In this document: piece by piece, positions 37,996-50,234 of the stretch
Layout of the letters: every line of letters starts with the position of its first letter
Position numbering within the stretch: the first letter of the stretch is position 1
DNA from: Dicyema japonicum
Taxonomy: Eukaryota > Animalia > Dicyemida
Reading direction: 5' to 3'
NCBI GenBank assembly: GCA_011109175.1
Contig: RDEW01000004.1
Span: 205,842-269,841 of the forward strand
DNA: 64,000 bases
Translations under genes and position numbers: made by a program
Notes under the pieces: generated by a model
The model's database searches: none
Told to the model about the DNA's origin: nothing
What the model saw: only the letters and a program-made list of their open reading frames with translations

Positions 37996-38131
37996 TTTGA
38001 AATTCTACTCGAATACTCACTAAAATGTTTAATCAAAAAGAAAAATGTTTATTAGAGATTTTAATTTTTTATAATTATAATTTAAAATAAAATTTATAGA
38101 TAAATAACATTTCAAATATTTTAACTAAAAC

Positions 38132-40696
38132 TAATTAATTAATTAATTGCTGGATTAAAATTAAGTGCTGTCGTGTTGTCGACGTGGCTGTTACGAAAAA
38201 TACAGACACAACAATGAAGACTAATGAAGAAAGGAAGGAAAACACCTATCCATGTGAAAAGTGCAACGTAACTAATATGAGAAAAAGGATGATCGCTTGT
38301 GCAGCTGTTCAAGATGGTATCACAGGTCTTGCGTAGGAGTGTCCAAGAAGGCTCTTATCAATATGACAAAATGGAACTGCCAACCATGCCTTTCATCTGG
38401 TACTGCTTTTTCTTACTCTAATCAAACTGCTTGCATTGAACCGTTTGACCCTACTCTCGTAGCAGATCCTGATGAAGCTCTGAAACTGATCTCTCGAACG
38501 CGCTCGGACGTGACCATTCCTGTGAAGATTCCCAAAGGTGCGAGAACTGCTGTTGCCGAGGCTCTGATCTCCACCATCAAGGATGTTTTGAAGCCTGACG
38601 CCGTTTCTTCGGAATGGGTCAAATTTTTCCTTTTCCCGTCACTCACTCTTGGGATCAGAAGACCAACGGAAGCATCCACTTCTCTCGCAACGAATATCAA
38701 AAAGAGAGTTAGATTTTCTGCTAATCTTGTTGCTCTCCGAAAGCCTGACGGCGGTGTCAGACCGATTGCTATTGGAAACGTGTTTAGGAGACTTGCAGCT
38801 AAAGTCGCTTGCTTTTCTGGGGTTCAAAGATTACTTCCTAGTTTCAGTCCTATACAGATGGGCGTTGGAGTTCGTGGCGGTGCAGAGGCTTGTGTCCACG
38901 CAGTGAGGAGTTTTTTCACGTCGTCGTCCAATGCAAAGAGTACGTTGTTGTCTGCAAAGTAGATCTTAAGAACGCATTTAATTCCATAAGGAGAGATCAT
39001 TTATTGGAGTTATGCCAAAAAAATTTACCACATATTTGGGAGATTGTTCGCCTTTCATATTCTAAGCCATCATCATTGGTTTTCCACGATGCCATCATTA
39101 AATCACGAACTGGTGTTCAACAAGGCGACCCACTTGGACCTCTTCTCTTTGCTTTGGGGATCCAGGAGTAGCCGCATGCTTAAAATCACCTTTAAATTTA
39201 TGGTATTTGGATGACGGAATCATTGGTGGACATCCAGATACAGTTTTGGAGGACGTGCGTCGTTTGATATCTGAATTCGAAGCGATTGGCCTTTCTGTCA
39301 ACAAGGCCAAATGTGAATTAATCAAGATCAATTTGAGTCCCGATCTGACTACTTTCTACAATGACCAGTTTAAATACACTCTCGAAAATTATGCATCGGT
39401 TCCAGTTGGGGAGTCTCTGTTCCTTGGTTCTCCTATATTCGAAGACCGAATTGTGGACGTGTTTAAAGAAAGGACAATAGAGCTCGGTACTTTTGAGACC
39501 CGTTTGCGGCATGTTGACAACCATATTGCCCTCTTCCTATTGAGAAACTGCTTGTCCATTCCAAGATTAAACTATTTACTAAGGACTGCACCATGTTATA
39601 AGTGTGATTCCCTTTTAATGGAATACTCTGATTGCCTCAAAAGATGTACTGAATTCGTACTTAACGTTTCCCTTGACACCCCTGGATGGATACAGACTCA
39701 ATTACCGATATCATTGGGTGGAATCGGTCTTACTACTCCCTGCCAAATTGCTGGCCCGGCGTATTTTGCCTCAAAACTTTCATGCAAAAACCAAGTGGAC
39801 TCAATTCTTTCAAAGCTTCCATCTCGGAAACTGTCCAATGACTTGGTTGAATACATGGACGTGTGGCGGAGTGAAGGGCTTAGCGAGCCGCGTAATCCAG
39901 ACCAACAATCGTCTTGGATGATCCATAGATGGAATGCTCTGGCATCCAACCTAGTCAGCCGGCTCTCTGGACATCGCCTGGATTGTTTCCAAAATTCGAG
40001 GGAGGCGGTTGATGGATCTTGGCTTGGGGTTTACCCATGTCAAGAAGTTGGTGGATTGTTGGATGATGACTCATTCGTACAGCTGTATGTCTACACCTCG
40101 GATTGCCTGTTTGCACCAAATCGAAGTGCAAATGTGGCTGTCTATCGGACGAACTGGGTCTCCACCTCCTCTCATGCCGGAGCGGAATTGGCAGATCTTC
40201 TCGACATTCGGCAATGAACGGCATCATTAAGAGGGCATTAGAATCGGCTGGATTCCGTTGCCGGATCGAACCGACTGGTATATTTGACAACGGAAGACTG
40301 ACGGCATGACCTCCTTTCCTTTTGAGCGAGGGCGAAACCTTGTATGGGATGTGACCTGTGTCTGCTCTTTCGCCCCAAGCAAAAAAAATAATTCACCGGG
40401 CAGACCTTCTTCTCAAGCAGAGGAAATGAAAAATGCTAAGTATTCGGATATCAGCGACAGGTACATTTTCGCACCTGTCGCGATTGAAACTTCGGGGAAC
40501 TTTGGCCCTAAAACGCTGAAGTTCCTAAATCATCTTGGAAAACTACTATCCGACAAAACTGGTGATCTTCGTGAGACGAGATGGCTCAAGGAGAGGCTCT
40601 CGTTGGCTGTTGTCCGTGGGAATAGCTTATGCATCTCCCAACAGCTGAATTATTAAAATTAACTATTCTTTTTCCTTATAATAAAACTGTTTTCAA
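38132..40696 (+). mobile_element. Near full-length CRE-like non-LTR retrotransposon: PHD finger - RT - CCHC - RLE (frameshifted, internally deleted)
   Basis: PHD C..C...C.SC..WYH.SC...WNCQPC; LVALRKPDGGVRPIAIG; DLKNAFNS; GVQQGDPLGP; YLDDG; RLE; candidate 11-bp TSD ttaactaaaac. Confidence 0.9.
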
Positions 40697-41661
40697 TTAA
40701 CTAAAACAATCTTTTTTTAAATAAATGCGTACTCTCGTACTCAGAGAGCTTGGTGTTATAAATCAACCATGTTGATGCTACGTCATGAAATTTCCTGTCG
40801 TCCTCTATATTCGGTGTTTTGATAAGCTTACATTCAGGTCTTCCATTGATCTCATCATAACACTACACTTTGAAACTAGTTCTTTTTATAGGAGAGGAAC
40901 GATCTGCAGGTGAACCATTTCTGATCTGCTCTGATGGACGTAAAATCTATAAATCGAAAAATTACAACCTTCATTATAGCTAAGAAAGATAGAACTGGAT
41001 AATGTTACAAAAGTAATAAAATATATGATGAGGTATTCCTGGAATTTTAATAAAGTATCCTGGAAACATTGGTCAGATCGATTATCTCCACTTTTAATCT
41101 CTCCTCAATTTCGAAGTCTTCCCTAGCAAATGAAGAAACCTGAACAACCGAAGGACTTATATTTACCGTTCAATTACATGCGAGTTTGTGGACTCGTGCT
41201 TTGGAAAATTAGGTCCCATTTGGTCTAATACCAATTCCAGCATGTTTTAAGATCGGAGCAATCCTTGATAATCAACTCTCCCTTCGAACTAACGGGCCAT
41301 TTATGTATAGAAAATTCAAGATCCGGATACGTCTCTTCCGAAATGAAGTCTTTAGAGATCACTCCTCTCCCATGCATTTTTCAACCTATTCTTATATACT
41401 TTAATGTTATTAACTTATGTTGATGATTTAATTACTACAAAAAAATAGAATTGTGGATACATAAATCAGAACTTGAGTCACAGTCAAACAACCTTGCATC
41501 TTACTTAAAAGCCAGATTTGTTTTTTAATGGCAAACTTTGAGTATAAATCAATAAGTGAGCATCTATTTTTATTCATCGTTGACAGAATAAAATCAGATC
41601 AATAAGATCTAGTTGAAACCTTTCATTTGGATTTAACGCTATGATATTATGTTCTTCACTT

Positions 41662-41731
41662 GAAGAGAAAGAGGAGAACAGAAAACCAAACAGAAAACTT
41701 CAACCAATTAGCCACGCGACACCACGCGGCG
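41662..41731 (-). mobile_element. 5' fragment of SINE-like family A
   Basis: Reverse complement gcgtggtgtcgcgtggctaattggttgaagttttctg matches 6808-6850. Confidence 0.55.
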
Positions 41732-42299
41732 ATTTACATAGGAATTAAAACTTTTTCAACGTGCAAGTAGTGCTTATTGCATATATCTTCCATTTTATTC
41801 ATTCCAGGATGAGCCTGATTATGGAGTGGTAAGGTAAAAACTTCCATATCTATCACAAGCTTGTGATTTCCATTCAGATTTGTAAGGTACATTTAGTCGT
41901 CTAGAGCATTGAGAGTAGTAAATATAAAAGCCATTGACATTAAATGATGAAAAAAAGTATTTTTGAAAATTGGCTATCTCATATTAACAAAGAAATGAGG
42001 GAAAAATAGCATTACTGATAGATAATGCAACTTGTCTACTTGTATCCAATATTCAAACATTATATTCCAAAAATACGACTTCTTTAATACAGAAATGGCA
42101 TAAGGGATAAGTGTTAAAATCATTAATTGGATGAAGTAAATGTGATAAAAATCCTGTATCTCAAATAGATAAACTATAAAAGGGATCACAATATACAATA
42201 TCATGTTCAAAAAGGCCTGAGATGAAATTAATTAATCAGAATAAGGATTCAAACCATGACCTTCAGATCCAATGTATCGGACGTAATTTGACTCAGAAG

Positions 42300-43060
42300 G
42301 CCCATTATTATTGAACCAGAAAACCACCATCATATCCAAAATCAACAAAATTCAGGTGATCCCAGCCTCCCTCAACAGTCTTCGCATCTTTTCTCGGTGT
42401 TCCGACTGCGTTCCTGTGAATTTCCGATATGGAAGGGGTACGTATACTCGAATCCTTCGCAGGGGCACTGTTCCAGTCGCCTCTATCATATTTTCTAAGT
42501 TTCTTGGCAGAATTTCCACACGGGAATATTTCCTTAGTAATGCAGATCTTAGCTGCCTTCACTTGAATGTTGCAGATCTTATCCAAATTCGTTGCAGCAG
42601 GGTTAGATCCCCAGACATTACATGCGTATCCTATTGTTGACTCGATGAACTGCTTGAATATGACATCCAGTCCACTTAGATTTTTTTGTCTCTTAGGTTT
42701 CCCAAGAACGCCTTCAGGAAGTTGATTTTCCTCTCTTTTTACCCCAAGATGACCGGATTAGAAAAAATTTAAAGTTAACTACTAATTAAATGATCCTGGT
42801 TTTCCGGGTTCTGGCTCTCGTTTGTAAAGGTTAAGAATGTGTCAAAGGTAACTCCTAGAATTTTCTGGTATTTGTTTTGCGGGATAATCTTTTCATCCAG
42901 TGTGACGTCAATTGATACCTTCCCTAGTCTTCTGTTTGTCGTGAATAAGGTCAACACCGACTTCTCCGGGCTAGCAGTCAATTGATTTTCCCAAAGGCAT
43001 AAACTTAGTTTATTTAGATTGTAGTATTGTGTATTAACTACTAAAAAAGAACAAAATATC
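42300..43060 (-). mobile_element. I/Jockey-like LINE RT C-terminal remnant
   Basis: KILGVTFDTFLTF; FKQFIESTIGYACNVWG; LDKICNIQVKAAKI. Confidence 0.65.
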
Positions 43061-43398
43061 ATGAAAATGACAGATTTCTTTTTTCTTTTTTTTAGCCTTT
43101 TTCACGGAGCCGTGGTATTAGCTCCGCATAGGCAGGACACACACTTTATTTAAGTAAAGAACAGTTAATTTTAACTAATCGTAGAACCAAGGAATGATCT
43201 TCACTTCTTTTTTTCTTTTTCTTGTGTGTGGGTCCTTTCTAGACAATCCAGTTCCGCAGTGAGAGTCCACTGATGACGGCGTCACTCGTCAAGCCTAGAT
43301 CACTCTTTATTAAAATAAAAATCTAATAATTTAATATTAAAACAATACAAATTATTAGATTTTTATTATAAAAGTAATTTTTCCACATTATATATTTG

Positions 43399-44816
43399 AG
43401 CTCCTAAAATATGGGCCAAAAAAACTTAGCGACACAATTGCAAAAACCTTAAATGCCGTCTTTGAAACTAATACCGATCTAGGACTTGGAAATGGATTAT
43501 TAATACCCATACAAAAACCGAACAAATCAAAAGGACCAGTAGAAAATCTCCGCCCGATAATACTTCTGAATTCGATACGCAAGGTGCTGGCAAACATTGC
43601 ACTAAGCCGGATAAAGGGTATGGCGAATCTATACCTACCAGCAAGTCAAAGTGGGTTCCGAGAAGGGAGGTCTACGGCAGACATTGTATGGAGCCACAGA
43701 TGGCGCTGCGCAACGCACCAAAGATTCAAGAGCGCAACAACCGTGTTGGGAATAGATCTCTCCAGAGCTTTCGACTCAATAAACAGACAGAAACTGATGA
43801 ATGTGCTTGAGCAAATATTGGATGAATCGTCGGTTAGGATAATCAGACTACTACTTGCGAACACAAGACTATCTGTGAGGACAGAAGGAGCAACTTCCCG
43901 CAGTTTCAAAACAACGATTGGGACACCCCAGGGTGATTCCCTCTCCCCTTTACTATTCACCATATACCTTGAATCTGCACTCCGCGACCTCCGTAAATGC
44001 TATATAGGATGATGTGGATTTTGTATCACGGGATGTGACCGCACTCCAACACCTGCTAGAAAATGCACCTGCGGAGCTTGAGAAATGGTTTCTCAGCGTA
44101 AATGTTAACAAAACTGAAATTACGGAAATCAAAAGAGAAGACGATATTACTCAAGAAAGATGGAGACGTACTAATAAGCTCGGCTCTCTACTAGGAGACG
44201 CTGAAGATGTACTGAGAAGGAAAACACTGGCAAATGCGGCAATGGCTAAACTGAAGAAAGGATGGCTATGGGCCAAAGGACTTGGAATTGACATCAGATG
44301 CAGGCTTTACAACGCGTTTGTGAAACCGATCCTACTGTATAACGCTGGGACATGGGGAAGTTCCTTCAACGAACTATTGAAACTGGATTCGTTCCATAGA
44401 AGGCAACTAAGAAGCTTACTCGGAATGGAGTGGCCACGTAGAATATCAACCACTGGTATCTACAACAAGTGTATGTGTTCCTACATCAGCAAGGATGTGA
44501 TAGATGCCCGGTGGAGGCTATTTGGGCATGTACTAAGAATGAACCCGGACGCACCCGCTAACAAAGCGATGGAAGATTACTTTGACAGATGCGAAAAACC
44601 CTTCCGCGGACGACCTAGATCGACACTTCCGACAGCCCTAAACAAAGACTTAAATCGTGTGAGAAAAAATTTAAAGACGGGAGACGACCTGGACGAATTG
44701 AGATCACTCGCATTCGACAGAGGAAGATGGAAAAGACTAACTATAAATATTGTTTCTTTGAGTGTTGCACATGCGGGGCTATAATCATTATGGCTTTCGT
44801 GAAAGTGCTTTAATAA
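43399..44816 (+). mobile_element. 5'-truncated RTE LINE with near-intact RT
   Basis: LRPIILLNS, QSGFREGRST, GIDLSRAFDS, GTPQGDSLSPLLF, RWRLFGHVLRM, GRPRSTL; perfect 10-bp TSD tatatatttg (43389-43398 / 44817-44826). Confidence 0.9.
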
Positions 44817-45006
44817 TATATATTTGGCTTTTTTTAAAAGACCCTCATTTTTGGTGAGGACATCAAAATTGGAGAATTTTTGTTCCATTTCGGAGTCGGA
44901 CTGTATTATTATTAATTCTCCAGTAATAGTAAGGAAAATTATTGGATTACAAAGACTTGTATTGGAAGATATTAAACAAATATAAAATTTGTTTCCAGGC
45001 AACAGA

Positions 45007-46211
45007 ATGTCTAAGAAAGGGTAGTTTAAATTATGATAACCAAGTTTCAATCCTAAAAAGTCATATTCTCGAAGACAAAGCTGTTCCGAAAGTGGTAAAC
45101 GAAAATCAACAGTTAAAATAAACAGCAATTGGCCGACTGATATTTTCGTATATAATTTATTGGATTTTAGATCCTAGACGATGATGGAAACGACGTCACA
45201 GTAAAACCATTGCTTCACATAGATGATGGAAGTCGCAAAAAACAGACTGGATTCAATGAAAGTTCTGTAGTATGTTGATTACTCTCAATACAGGAATCCC
45301 CGACAGAAGGATTCTCCCAGGCTTCATTCTTTATGACAGGATTAGGATCAACCCAACAATTTAGCAGGCAAAATCAAATTGTCTTAATCAATAGATCGGT
45401 GTTTCGCAAAAGTTGCATGGAAACAAGTGAATTACCTGAAGACTTATTTCAAGTATTTGAATCCACCAGCGATGAAAAACTAATCGGTTTAATCATTGAA
45501 ATAATTAAAAGAGCCGGGATCTATTTTACAACCCAGTGAATTGAGCCAAGACCTTCAAAGCGATAATTTTGAAATACGTCTGACAATGACAGACATGTTC
45601 GACTGCATCGACATGCCAACTACCTATGTTACTCAGTTTGATGATCGGGCGGAAGAAATAAAGGCTGTGAATTACAGATACTCTAAGGTTGTAATAAACC
45701 TAAACATTAGGTTCTAAAGGTTAAAGCTGAAAACAGCGACCGATACGAGGATAAAGGGATCAATACTTTCAATGGAGTCTTGAAATCAAAAGGAACACAA
45801 ACATATCCTGTTATTTTCAGTGTAATTGTTAATATTATTGTAGAATAAAGAAAATATGGCTACAGACTGGGACATTTACGACACCTACAATCCTCAGGAA
45901 GTTACAGAAGAAACTCCTGAAAGAAAATTAAGCAAAATATCAATTGATGATGATAAGACATCGCATGCATCTGATTATGGAAGCCGTTGATTTCATGTTA
46001 AAATCAACAGATGTTACTGACACGATCGGATTTGAGACACAAACTGATATTTTCTTTAACAAATCAGGAGTCTCTTCGGTGGTTTCTCATTCACTTTCTT
46101 CTAAGAATGAATCACAATACATCGATGTTGGGTTTACTCAATTTACCGTTAGATTAATGCATTTGAGAATACTTGTAGAGTCATGGAAAGTTATCTCAGT
46201 CTGAATAATCA
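45007..46211 (+). CDS. DNAI4: Axonemal dynein intermediate chain 4 (WDR78), N-terminal part only; stops at N 46212
   Basis: ILDDDGNDVTVKPL; EIRLTMTD..IDMP; NTFNGVLKSKGTQ...NMATDWDIYDTYN resembles WDR78 QTFNGAPKNKDVQ...MSTAWDLYDSYN; 22-27 nt introns. Confidence 0.7.
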
Positions 46212-46212
46212 N

Positions 46213-46760
46213 CGGAGCGTGGCTGGATGCATTCCCGTGTTTCTCCCTGGGGACCCTTATGAACGATGACTGTATTCGGACTGCGATCGCACAACGCCTG
46301 GGAGTTGATGTTTGCGTCGAACATCAATGTCGCTGTGGATCGTCAATGCCAAAGGGCTGCACCCGCTCTCATGCAAAAGGAGTGCGGGCAGAGCACCCGC
46401 CATGCTGCTATGAACAGCATTGTCATGCGTACTCTTGAAGCTGCAGGCTTCCCGGCAGTACTGGAGCCCGTGGGATTGGACTGCGCAGACGGGAAAAGAC
46501 CGAATGGTTTAACGTTCACTGAGGAAAAATCGCTCGTATGGGACTGCACTGTTGTGGATTCTTTCTCGAACTCGATGATGCTCAGCTCGGCGCAGTCTGC
46601 TGGATCGGCAGCTGATCTGGCCGAGAAAATCAAGATTAAAAAATATGGCGAAATTGGAGACCGCTACCGTTTTGTACCGGTAGCAATCGAGACGTCTGGT
46701 GCGGCCGGAAGTATTACAGCCTCTTTCCTAAAGGAAATCGTGGGAAAATTACAAGTCAAT
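46213..46760 (+). mobile_element. CRE-like retrotransposon 3' part (CCHC + RLE)
   Basis: GAWLDAFP..SLGTLMNDD; HQCRCG; HAAMNSIVMRTLEAAGFPAVLEP; DGKRPNG; LVWDCT; FVPVAIETSG. Confidence 0.85.
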
Positions 46761-47066
46761 TTAATTAGAGTTCGAACATCGTATTCTGTCAATAAAATAA
46801 ACTCTATGAATGTATAGAAACAACCGATACTCTAATTCACCCTAACTCATTCTCTAATACATCCTAATCCATTTTAATTCTCCCTAACCCGTTCAAGAAA
46901 TTGACTTTAACCAATCCAAATCCATAAGGTCTCCCATTTTTGTCCCATACTACGTCGAACATGTTTTTGGACAAAATAATTGATTTGGTTTTCCATAAAT
47001 ATGTATGATTTTATTTTTCATGCAGAAAGAGTCTAGATATTGATTTTAAACTCTGTTCCGTTATCC

Positions 47067-48406
47067 CTGAGGTTCCCAACCTGGGTTCCACGAAATAATT
47101 TAAGGGTTCCGCGAATTTCCAAATATTTTTATAATTGTTTTTTCAAAAGAATAATTTTTTTCAAAACGAATTAATTTAATTTGCGCGCGTCTAAATTGAG
47201 TCTTGTGACAATGCATATCTTAAAGTTCGATCGTATGAGAAAGTTATATTGCCTTTGGTTTCACATGGACTGGGAATATGGATTGCCCACTACCACTTTG
47301 TGTTGTTTGCGGTGAAAATCTTGCGAATAGTGCTATGGCTCCAACGAAACTTAGACGTCATTTCTCCACCAAGCACCCTGAACTTTCAAAGAAAAAATAG
47401 AATATTTTATGCGGATATTGGACCAGAATAAAGTTCAAGCATCTCGTTTTATAAAAAAATCAAAATAAACGAAAAAGCACTGCATGCTAGTTATGCTGTT
47501 TCTGAGATTACCGCTAAAATATGAAATTGCATACTCTCGTCGAAACTGTTATTTTGCCTGCATGTAAAGAAGTAGTGAAGATAATTTTGGAGAAATTGCT
47601 GCCGCTGAGCTCGACTTAATTCCTATTTCTAAAAATTTTGTGAGCCGACGCATCAAGGATATATCTGATGACATTGCGAATAAAAAATCTGTGTTTTTAG
47701 CGCTTTAAGTGGATTAAAGTTTAGATATTACAGAAATAATGAAATTCCTTGTTATCGTTCGATACATGAACAATGAATTTATTATTGAAGATTTTCTTTG
47801 CTGCAAAGAGTTGCTCGGAACAACAAAGGGTTATGAAATTTTCAATCATTTAAATTCATATTTTGAGGATATAAAGTTGGATTGGAATGCGTGTGTAGGT
47901 CTCTAAACTGGTGGTGTTCCAGCAATGACTGGCAATCTAAAGGCTTTGTTTCTATTTCGAAAAATAAGAATCCGAACATTATAAACACTCACTGTTTTCT
48001 TCATGTACGAATAATTATTTTCCACCCAAATCAGTTGAACTCTATGATTGGATGAAAAATCCTTTTGCTGAGTACTAAATAACTGGAAACGAGCAATCAT
48101 TAAAAGAAGAAGAAGAACTTGCGTTTGTTTAAAGTTACAGAACGTTAAAAATGGAATTTTTACAGCTTGATTCGTTTTGGCTGATTGTAAAAAAATAGTC
48201 TATTCTGGCAAACAAAACGTAAGAGTTTTGTTTAAGTTATCAACAGCAGAGCTATGCAAGAAACATCAACCATATCACTACTAACTAGCATTTTATTTTT
48301 TAGATTAATAAAATACTGATAATTGTTAAAAACTATATAAGGGTTCCGTATAAAATGAAAAAATGTCGATAGGTTTCCGTGCTCTCAAAAAGATTGGGAA
48401 CCACTG
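47067..48406 (+). mobile_element. Internally deleted hAT (Buster/Charlie-like) transposon
   Basis: TIRs CTGAGGTTCCCAA / CAGTGGTTCCCAA; degraded 8-bp TSD cgttatcc/cataatct; BED finger PLCVVCGENL..KLRRHFSTKH; ETVILPACKE; VSRRIKDIS; PAMTG. Confidence 0.85.
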
Positions 48407-50234
48407 CATAATCTGTTTGCAGAATTTTACAAAAGTCGATTTCAAAACAAATTTTTTCGAATACTTCACAAATATCTAAAAATTAAAATATAACTATTGC
48501 AGATTTATCTTTAAGTCCTTTAATATGTCGCGTGCGTTACTTGCAACTATGCGCTATCTGTAATATCGATTTTTTGAATTTTTTTAAATCTATTAAAATT
48601 GTTCTTTTGGATTAAAATTTTAATTTTTAGTAAGATAAAATATTAATTTTATAGTATAAAATTAATATAAACTATTAATACTAATTTGAATTATTATGCC
48701 ACACTTGTTTGTTAAGACATCTGTTGAATATGATAATCTCAAAATATTCCTGGAAGGAATCTTACCTTCTGATATGCCTGCATATGCTATGTGCAGGATC
48801 TGAAAAAGTCCAAGAGCTTCATTCTTAAAAAAAGAAGAATGTATCTAAAAGACCCAGAAGGCGATAAATTGGTTATTGTTTCGGACAACGTTGAGGAAAT
48901 GAAGTTTGTTGCTACTCAAATTCATGATTTAACACATTGTGGCCAAAACATCCTAGAAACATATTGTAAAAAAGATATTTTTTGTAAAAAGAGATGTTAT
49001 TCGCGATGTTGTTTTCAATTGTGAGACATGTCTTTTTGCCAGAAGTCTTAAGGCATATGAAGAAAATCACACATTTGCAACTCGGCCCGATGAGAGATTT
49101 CAAATAGATTTAATCGATCTTAAAAGGTATCAATTTTTTTATATTCTCTAGGTTTAGCGAGTATAATGATGGTTATTCGTGGCTTTAATGGCTATTGATA
49201 TTTATTCAAAATATGCTGTTACAAAAAGCTTAAAGAAAAAAATTGTTTTGGAAGTTGCTGACAACCTTGAGGATATATTCATGGATTATGGACCATGTTT
49301 ATATTTACGATCGGACAATGGCTCCGAGTTTAAAAACTCACATGTAACTGCAATTTGCAAGAAATATAGCATTATTCAAATTCATTCACGTCCAAACAAC
49401 CCACGTAGTCAAGGTATAGATCGGACAATGGCTCCGAGTTTAAAAACTCACATGTAACTGCAATTTGCAAGAAATATAGCATTATTCAAATTCATTCACG
49501 TCCAAACAACCCACGTAGTCAAGGTATACAATTGAATTATTTTTATTTTAGGAATTGTAGAAAGATTCAATCAGACAATCACTCGAACTTTGTCGAAGAT
49601 GTTATCGAATGATCCAAGTAAATGTTGGAAAAAAAACAGATTAAAAAAGCTGTCCAATTTTATAATCTTAGTTCAACAGGTTGTATGGCCTAATATATAA
49701 ATTAGGTGACAATCCGTTTCGACGTTACAGAGGCATCAAAGGATTTAATCCAATTCTCCCTTATGTAGGCTACATTGAAAAAAATGATGAAACAGTTGTG
49801 AATGGTTTGAGAGTTAACCGAAAATTTAGAAACTCAAATTGAAACAGAGATTCGTTAAATTAATTGGAAAGGCAGGTTATCAATTTTTTTATTATTTCAT
49901 AAAATTTGACATTATGCATTGTCTATTAGATTTGAATTGTCCTTATTTCAAAAGAATGAACGGAAAAATGGGTGTTCATTGCTTAAAATACTCATTCGAA
50001 AAAATGAGGTTAGTTAATTACATTGACAATATAAATTTGCGTAAAAAAAGACCATGGGACAAATCCCTCAATAAAGTTAGGGAAATTTGAATTTCCCTAC
50101 AGTGAAAAAGTGATAGTCGTAGATATATTGTTTAACAAGCGAATGACACTTCAATCAAATGATAAACATATCGAGATCGTCCACGTGAGTCGCGTTAAAG
50201 AGCTTAAAAAGAAGTTACTTACCCTTTTTTATTT

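Noticed and set aside
38460-38500. CTGATGA...GAAA hammerhead-like core
   Set aside because: It lies in the CRE coding frame, and stems II and III and the cleavage triplet cannot be formed.
43255-43300. CTGATGA followed by a hairpin (hammerhead candidate)
   Set aside because: No GAAA follows stem II, and the related copy at 8830-8870 does not conserve the pairing.
44577-45128. 183-aa minus-strand ORF in the ORF track
   Set aside because: It is antisense to the RTE 3' end and the DNAI4 first exons and has no motif; likewise for antisense ORFs at 5151, 28383 and 43646.
46830-46905. Degenerate CCCTAA-like repeats near a CRE 3' end
   Set aside because: Too few and too degenerate to call telomeric, and not present at other CRE junctions.
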